NCBI RefSeq assembly: GCF_009914755.1
Contig: NC_060948.1
Reading direction: 5' to 3' (one strand)
Origin: the human T2T-CHM13v2.0 reference genome, Homo sapiens
DNA: 64,000 nucleotides
Shown here: piece by piece, positions 55,329 to 64,000 of the stretch
Layout of the letters: each line of letters begins with the position of its first letter
Numbering within the stretch: the first letter of the stretch is position 1
Translations under genes and position numbers: made by a program
The notes under the pieces: model-generated
Databases searched by the model: none
What the model saw: only the letters and a program-made list of their open reading frames with translations
What the model was told of the DNA's origin: nothing

Positions 55329-57424
55329 AGATCCATATTTTTTAAATGAAAAAAAATTTCAAAGGTACTCTGCTTGGTACAATAATCAAATGTATAAACT
55401 GAGGAATAAAACATAACCATGAAACCTACTTATAACTGCATATGGAAAATACAGAGGATAATTTTTTAAATAACATATTTTGAAAGCCTTAACTAGTAAT
55501 TTGAAGAGTTGGCATTTGAAAGGCCAGTATGAATATACCTTCAAAGCAGCAACACAGGTTCCCCATGAGAAAAAGCAAACACAGGGAAAATAAAAACACA
55601 AAGGTTCAATCTCTTCTGACCTTTGAAAGACACAGCACAGACAGTGGTCCTTAGGACGAAGAGCAGGAGACCCCTAATTCCGTCACCATGGCGATAGGGC
55701 ATAAACATTGCTGGGTGAGGGCACAATCCACATTGTGAGGTCCAGCTGCTGCCAGGAAGAAAGGAGTGCTTTTACATAGACCAAAAGGTCATTGAAGGCT
55801 CAGAGTTTTGTTTCAAGAACTGAATCCCAAGCCCACACGTTATTAGGCTGCGCTTCTTAAAACAAGTTATGAGATGGGAAAAAGGGCACCCACAAACATA
55901 CGTATACATTATGTATATAATAATATAGAGTGTCATATATATAATATATATAACCTATGTATAATATTGTTTTACATCCTGCATCTTATGTTATATATAT
56001 TGTATAAAATATAATAATTGATAATATATAAGTTTTATAATTATACAATATGACATATAGTATATATTATAATTTATGACATATATAATATATGTTATAT
56101 ATCATATATAGAATATATTATACGGTTAATATACGTATTAAATATAAATTATACATTATATATATTATATATAATATATCTGTTATATATAATAACCATT
56201 ATGCATAATATATATATTATGTCTATGTTATATATAGTATAAAACAACATATAATAATATATAATTGTATTTATAAAATGCGACATATAATATATATTAT
56301 ATTTTATAACATATGTAATATATATTATATATAATACGTTGTATGTATAATACCTATATTAAATATATATTATATGACTATGTTATTAATTACATGTCAC
56401 ATGTGTTATATATTATATATTTTACATAGAATATACCGGTTACATACAATATATACTATGTTACCTATAATGTATAATTTATTACATGTAAAATAAAGAA
56501 TGCAATATATTATGTATAATTTATAATATACAATATGTGGAATGTGATATATATAACATATAATATATGATATATGATATACAGTATATGATATATAACA
56601 TACAATATATGATTCCTAATATATATGGTATACAATATATATTTTATGATATGTATTCTATATGTTTTATATTCTGTTATATATAACTATTTGAAACTAT
56701 ATATAACTGTATAATATTTTATGTAAATATGTAATATAATATATATAACTATATAATATATTATATATAACTATATATTATGTTATATATACTTTTATAA
56801 CATAATTTACATAAAATATCATAATATAATATATATTATATTATTTCATATTACATAATATATATTACATATCACCCAATATAACTAACATACCTAATAT
56901 TATAATATAGATTATATTATGTTATATTAAATATCATATATATCATGTATCATATATTCTATAATATATATTACACATTATATAATATGTATGTTGTCTA
57001 TTATGTGATATATATAACTATATATATAATTATATTTTTATACATATAACTAGATAAACGTAATTCTACATATTTTCATTTATAATATGTAGAATGATAT
57101 AATCATATATAATTATTTATATTCTATAAAAAATTTTATCATTATATAAATTATAATATATAAAAATTATAATATGTACTACAAATATATATATTATATA
57201 TCATATATGATATAGTACCTTTGTTATATATCATAATACATATAAATGTGTATTATGTTATCTATAATTATATAATTTCATATATAAGATGTATAATATG
57301 TATCATATATTATATATGTTATGTAATATATATAGTATATATAAGATGACACAGGATAAATATTATATACTATGACATATAAAATATATGAGGTTATATG
57401 TTACATATAAGGCATAGCACATAA

Positions 57425-57739
<315 letters not shown>

Positions 57740-59867
57740 AGATCCATATTTTTTAAATGAAAAAAAATTTCAAAGGTACTCTGCTTGGTACAATAATCAA
57801 ATGTATAAACTGAGGAATAAAACATAACCATGAAACCTACTTATAACTGCATATGGAAAATACAGAGGATAATTTTTTAAATAACATATTTTGAAAGCCT
57901 TAACTAGTAATTTGAAGAGTTGGCATTTGAAAGGCCAGTATGAATATACCTTCAAAGCAGCAACACAGGTTCCCCATGAGAAAAAGCAAACACAGGGAAA
58001 GTAAAAACACAAAGGTTCAATCTCTTCTGACCTTTGAAAGACACAGCACAGACAGTGGTCCTTAGGACGAAGAGCAGGAGACCCCTAATTCCGTCACCAT
58101 GGCGATAGGGCATAAACATTGCTGGGTGAGGGCACAATCCACATTGTGAGGTCCAACTGCTGCCAGGAAGACAGGAGTGCTTTAACATAGACCGAAAGGT
58201 CATTGAAGGCTCAGAGTTTTGTTTCAAGAACTGAATCCCAAGCCCACACGTTATTAGGCTGCGCTTCTTAAAACAAGTTATGAGATGGGAAAAAGGGCAC
58301 CCACAAACATACGTATACATTATGTATATAATAATATACAGTGTCATATATATAATATATATAACCTATGTATAATATTGTTTTACATCCTGCATCTTAT
58401 GTTATTTATATTGTATAAAATATAATAATTGATAATATATAAGTTTTATAATTATGCAATATGACATATGGTATATATTATAATTTATGACATATATAAT
58501 ATATGTTATATATCATATATAGAATATATTATACGGTTAATATACGTATTAAATATAAATTATACATTATATATATTATATATAATATATCTGTTATATA
58601 TAATACCCATTATGCATAATATATATATTATGTCTATGTTATATATAGTATAAAACAACATATAATAATATATAATTGTATATATAAAATGCGACATATA
58701 ATATATATTATATTTTATAACATATGTAATATATATTATATATTATATATAATACGTTGTATGTATAATACCTATATTAAATATATATTATATGACTATG
58801 TTATTAATTACATGTCACATGTGTTATATATTATATATTTTACATAGAATATACCGGTTACATACAATATATACTATGTTACCTATAATGTATAATTTAT
58901 TACATGTAAAATAAAGAATGCAATATATTATGTAAAATTTATAATATACAATATGTGGAATGTGATATATATAACATATAATATATGATATATGATATAC
59001 AGTATATGATATATAACATACAATATATGATTCCTAATATATATGGTATACAATATATATTTTATGATATGTATCCTATATGTTTTATATTCTGTTATAT
59101 ATAACTATTTGAAATTATATATAAATGTATAATATTTTATGTAAATATGTAATATAATATATATAACTATATAATATATTATATATAACTATATATTATG
59201 TTATATATATTTTTATAACATAATTTACATAAAATATCATAATATAATATATATTATATTATTTCATATTACATAATATATATTACATATCACCCAATAT
59301 AACTAACATACATAATATTATAATATAGATTATATTGTGTTATATTAAATATCATATATATCTTGTATCATATATTCTATAATATATATTACACATTATA
59401 TAATATGTATGTTGTCTATTATGTGATATATATAACTATATATATAATTATATTTTTATACATATAACTAGATAAACATGTAATTCTACATATTTTCATT
59501 TATAATATGTAGAATTATATAATCATATATAATTATTTATATTCTATAAAAAATTTTATCATTATATAAATTATAATATATAAAAATTATAATATGTACT
59601 ACAAATATATATATTATATATCATATATGATATAGTACCTTTGTTATATATCACAATACATATAAATGTGTATTATGTTATCTATAATTATATAATTTCA
59701 TATATAAGATGTATAATATGTATCTTATATTATATAAGTTATGTAATATATATAGTATATATAAGATGACACAGGATAAATATTATATACTATGACATAT
59801 AAAATATATGAGGTTATATGTTACATATAAGGCATAGCACATAACATGTAATATATATCATATATAA

Positions 59868-60159
59868 TTTTTTTTTAGACAGAATCTTTTCCTGTTGCAC
59901 ATGGTGGGGTACAATGGCGCCATCTTTGCTCACTGCAACTTCTGCCTCACGGGTCCAAGCGATTGTCCTCCCTCAGCCTCCCAGGTAGCTGGGACTACAC
60001 CACACTGGGACTACACCAGCTGCCACCATGCCTAGCTAATTTTTTGGATTTTTAGTAGTGACAGCGTTTCACTGTATTGGCCAGGATGGTCTTGATCTCT
60101 TCACCTTGTGATCCCCTTGCCTTGGCCTCCAAATTTGCTGGGATTACAGGCCTGAGCCA
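59868..60159 (-). mobile_element. Alu in DYZ2 unit 21
   Basis: Same antisense Alu as unit 1. Confidence 0.93.
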
Positions 60160-62280
60160 AGATCCATATTTTCTAAATGAAAAAAAATTTCAAAGGTACT
60201 CTGCTTGGTACAATAATCAAATGTATAAACTGAGGAATAAAACATAACCATGAAACCTACTTATAACTGCATATGGAAAATACAGAGGATAATTTTTTAA
60301 ATAACATATTTTGAAAGCCTTAACTAGTAATTTGAAGAGTTGGCATTTGAAAGGCCAGTATGAATATACCTTCAAAGCAGCAACACAGGTTCCCCATGAG
60401 AAAAAGCAAACACAGGGAAAATAAAAACACAAAGGTTCAATCTCTTCTGACCTTTGAAAGACACAGCACAGACAGTGGTCCTTAGGACGAAGAGCAGGAG
60501 ACCCCTAATTCCGTCACCATGGCGATAGGGCATAAACATTGCTGGGTGAGGGCACAATCCACATTGTGAGGTCCAACTGCTGCCAGGAAGACAGGAGTGC
60601 TTTTACATAGACCGAAAGGTCATTGAAGGCTCAGAGTTTTGTTTCAAGAACTGAATCCCAAGCCCACACGTTATTAGGCTGCGCTTCTTAAAACAAGTTA
60701 TGAGATGGGAAAAAGGGCACCCACAAACATACGTATACATTATGTATAAAATAATATACAGTGTCATATATATAATATATATAACCTAGGTATAATATTG
60801 TTTTACATCCTGCATCTTATGTTATTTATATTGTATAAAATATAATAATTGATAATATATAAGTTTTATAATTATACAATACGACATATAGTATATATTA
60901 TAATTTATGACATATAAAATATATGTTATATATCATATATAGAATATATTATACGGTTAATATACGTATTAAATATAAATTATACATTATATATATTATA
61001 TATAATATATCTGTTATATATAATACTCATTATGCATAATATATATATTATGTCTATGTTATATATAGTATAAAACAACATATAATAATATATAATTGTA
61101 TATATAAAATGCGACATATAATATATATTATATTTTATAACATATGTAATATATATTATATATAATACGTTGTATGTATAATACCTATATTAAATATATA
61201 TTATATGACTATGTTATTAATTACATGTCACATGTGTTATATATTATATATTTTACATAGAATATACCGGTTACATACAATATATACTATGTTACCTATA
61301 ATGTATAATTTATTACATGTAAAATAAAGAATGCAATATATTATGTATAATTTATAATATACAATATGTGGAATGTGATACATATAACATATAATATATG
61401 ATATATGATATACAGTACATGATATATAACATACAATATATGATTCCTAATATATATGGTATACAATATATATTTTATGATATGTATCCTATATGTTTTA
61501 TATTCTGTTATATATAACTATTTGAAATTATATATAACTGTATAATATTTTATGTAAATATGTAATATAATATATATAACTATATAATATATTATATATA
61601 ACTATATATTATGTTATATATACTTTTATAACATAATTTACATAAAATATCATAATATAATATATATTATATTATTTCATATTACATAATATATATTACA
61701 TATCACCCAATATAACTAACATACATAATATTATAATATAGATTATATTGTGTTATATTAAATATCATATATATCTTGTATCATATATTCTATAATATAT
61801 ATTACACATTATATAATATGTATGTTGTCTATTATGTGATATATATAACTATATATATAATTATATTTTTATACATATAACTAGATAAACATGTAATTCT
61901 ACATATTTTCATTTATAATATGTAGAATTATATAATCATATATAATTATTTATATTCTATAAAAAATTTTATCATTATATAAATTATAATATATAAAAAT
62001 TATAATATGTACTACAAATATATATATTATATATCATATATGATATAGTACCTTTGTTATATATCACAATACATATAAATGTGTATTATGTTATCTATAA
62101 TTATATAATTTCATATATAAGATGTATAATATGTATCTTATATTATATAAGTTATGTAATATATATAGTATATATAAGATGACACAGGATAAATATTATA
62201 TACTATGACATATAAAATATATGAGGTTATATGTTACATATAAGGCATAGCACATAACATGTAATATATATCATATATAA

Positions 62281-62572
62281 TTTTTTTTTAGACAGAATCT
62301 TGTCCTGTTGCACATGGTGGGGTACAATGGCGCCATCTTTGCTCACTGCAACTTCTGCCTCACGGGTCCAAGCGATTGTCCTCCCTCAGCCTCCCAGGTA
62401 GCTGGGACTACACCACACTGGGACTACACCAGCTGCCACCATGCCTAGCTAATTTTTTGGATTTTTAGTAGTGACAGCGTTTCACTGTATTGGCCAGGAT
62501 GGTCTTGATCTCTTCACCTTGTGATCCCCTTGCCTTTGCCTCCAAATTTGCTGGGATTACAGGCCTGAGCCA
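62281..62572 (-). mobile_element. Alu in DYZ2 unit 22
   Basis: Same antisense Alu as unit 1. Confidence 0.93.
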
Positions 62573-64000
62573 AGATCCATATTTTGTAAATGAAAAAAAA
62601 TTTCAAAGGTACTCTGCTTGGTACAATAATCAAATGTATAAACTGAGGAATAAAACATAACCATGAAACCTACTTATAACTGCATATGGAAAATACAGAG
62701 GATAATTTTTTAAATAACATATTTTGAAAGCCTTAACTAGTAATTTGAAGAGTTGGCATTTGAAAGGCCAGTATGAATATACCTTCAAAGCAGCAACACA
62801 GGTTCCCCATGAGAAAAAGCAAACACAGGGAAAATAAAAACACAAAGGTTCAATCTCTTCTGACCTTTGAAAGACACAGCACAGACAGTGGTCCTTAGGA
62901 CGAAGAGCAGGAGACCCCTAATTCCGTCACCATGGCGATAGGGCATAAACATTGCTGGGTGAGGGCACAATCCACATTGTGAGGTCCAACTGCTGCCAGG
63001 AAGACAGGAGTGCTTTTACATAGACCGAAAGGTCATTGAAGGCTCAGAGTTTTGTTTCAAGAACTGAATCCCAAGCCCACACGTTATTAGGCTGCGCTTC
63101 TTAAAACAAGTTATGAGATGGGAAAAAGGGCACCCACAAACATACGTATACATTATGTATAAAATAATATACAGTGTCATATATATAATATATATAACCT
63201 AGGTATAATATTGTTTTACATCCTGCATCTTATGTTATTTATATTGTATAAAATATAATAATAGATAATATATAAGTTTTATAATTATACAATATGACAT
63301 ATAGTATATATTATAATTTATGACATATAAAATATATGTTATATATCATATATAGAATATATTATACGGTTAATATACGTATTAAATATAAATTATACAT
63401 TATATATATTATATATAATATATCTGTTATATATAATACCCATTATGCATAATATATATATTATGTCTATGTTATATATAGTATAAAACAACATATAATA
63501 ATATATAATTGTATATATAAAATGCGACATATAATATATATTATATTTTATAACATATGTAATATATATTATATATAATACGTTGTATGTATAATACCTA
63601 TATTAAATATATATTATATGACTATGTTATTAATTACATGTCACATGTGTTATATATTATATATTTTACATAGAATATACCGGTTACATACAATATATAC
63701 TATGTTACCTATAATGTATAATTTATTACATGTAAAATAAAGAATGCAATATATTATGTATAATTTATAATATACAATATGTGGAATGTGATACATATAA
63801 CATATAATATATGATATATGATATACAGTACATGATATATAACATACAATATATGATTCCTAATATATATGGTATACAATATATATTTTATGATATGTAT
63901 CCTATATGTTTTATATTCTGTTATATATAACTATTTGAAATTATATATAACTGTATAATATTTTATGTAAATATGTAATATAATATATATAACTATATAA

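Noticed and set aside
57952-58347. 131-aa extended ORF in unit 20
   Set aside because: A single private substitution (TTTAACATAG vs TTTTACATAG) removes a stop and joins two chance frames.

Overview
This window contains no genes and is entirely human-type satellite DNA. It matches the Yq12 heterochromatin organisation and spans a junction between two arrays. Positions 1-10750 are DYZ1/HSat3, a degenerate (GGAAT)n with a ~3.55-kb higher-order unit (one EcoRI and one HaeIII/StuI site per unit; periods 3548 and 3544). Positions 10751-64000 are DYZ2/HSat1B, with 22 tandem ~2.42-kb tripartite units (minus-strand diverged Alu, ~0.58-kb HSATI segment, ~1.55-kb AT-rich segment). All ORFs in the track are explained as repeat translations, and I see no credible protein-coding or novel enzymatic system. 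The signals worth following up are structural: (i) the AT-rich segment of every DYZ2 unit looks like an ancient degenerate inverted duplication (fold-back); (ii) the DYZ1/DYZ2 junction has 3-bp microhomology and is followed by a 768-bp internal deletion; (iii) the DYZ2 array is split into haplotype blocks, local duplications and mosaic units, with several breakpoints near the HSATI/AT boundary; (iv) the Alu shows a relic L1-endonuclease site/TSD and a 16-bp internal duplication. Family names and the chromosome assignment come from pattern recognition, not a database search.
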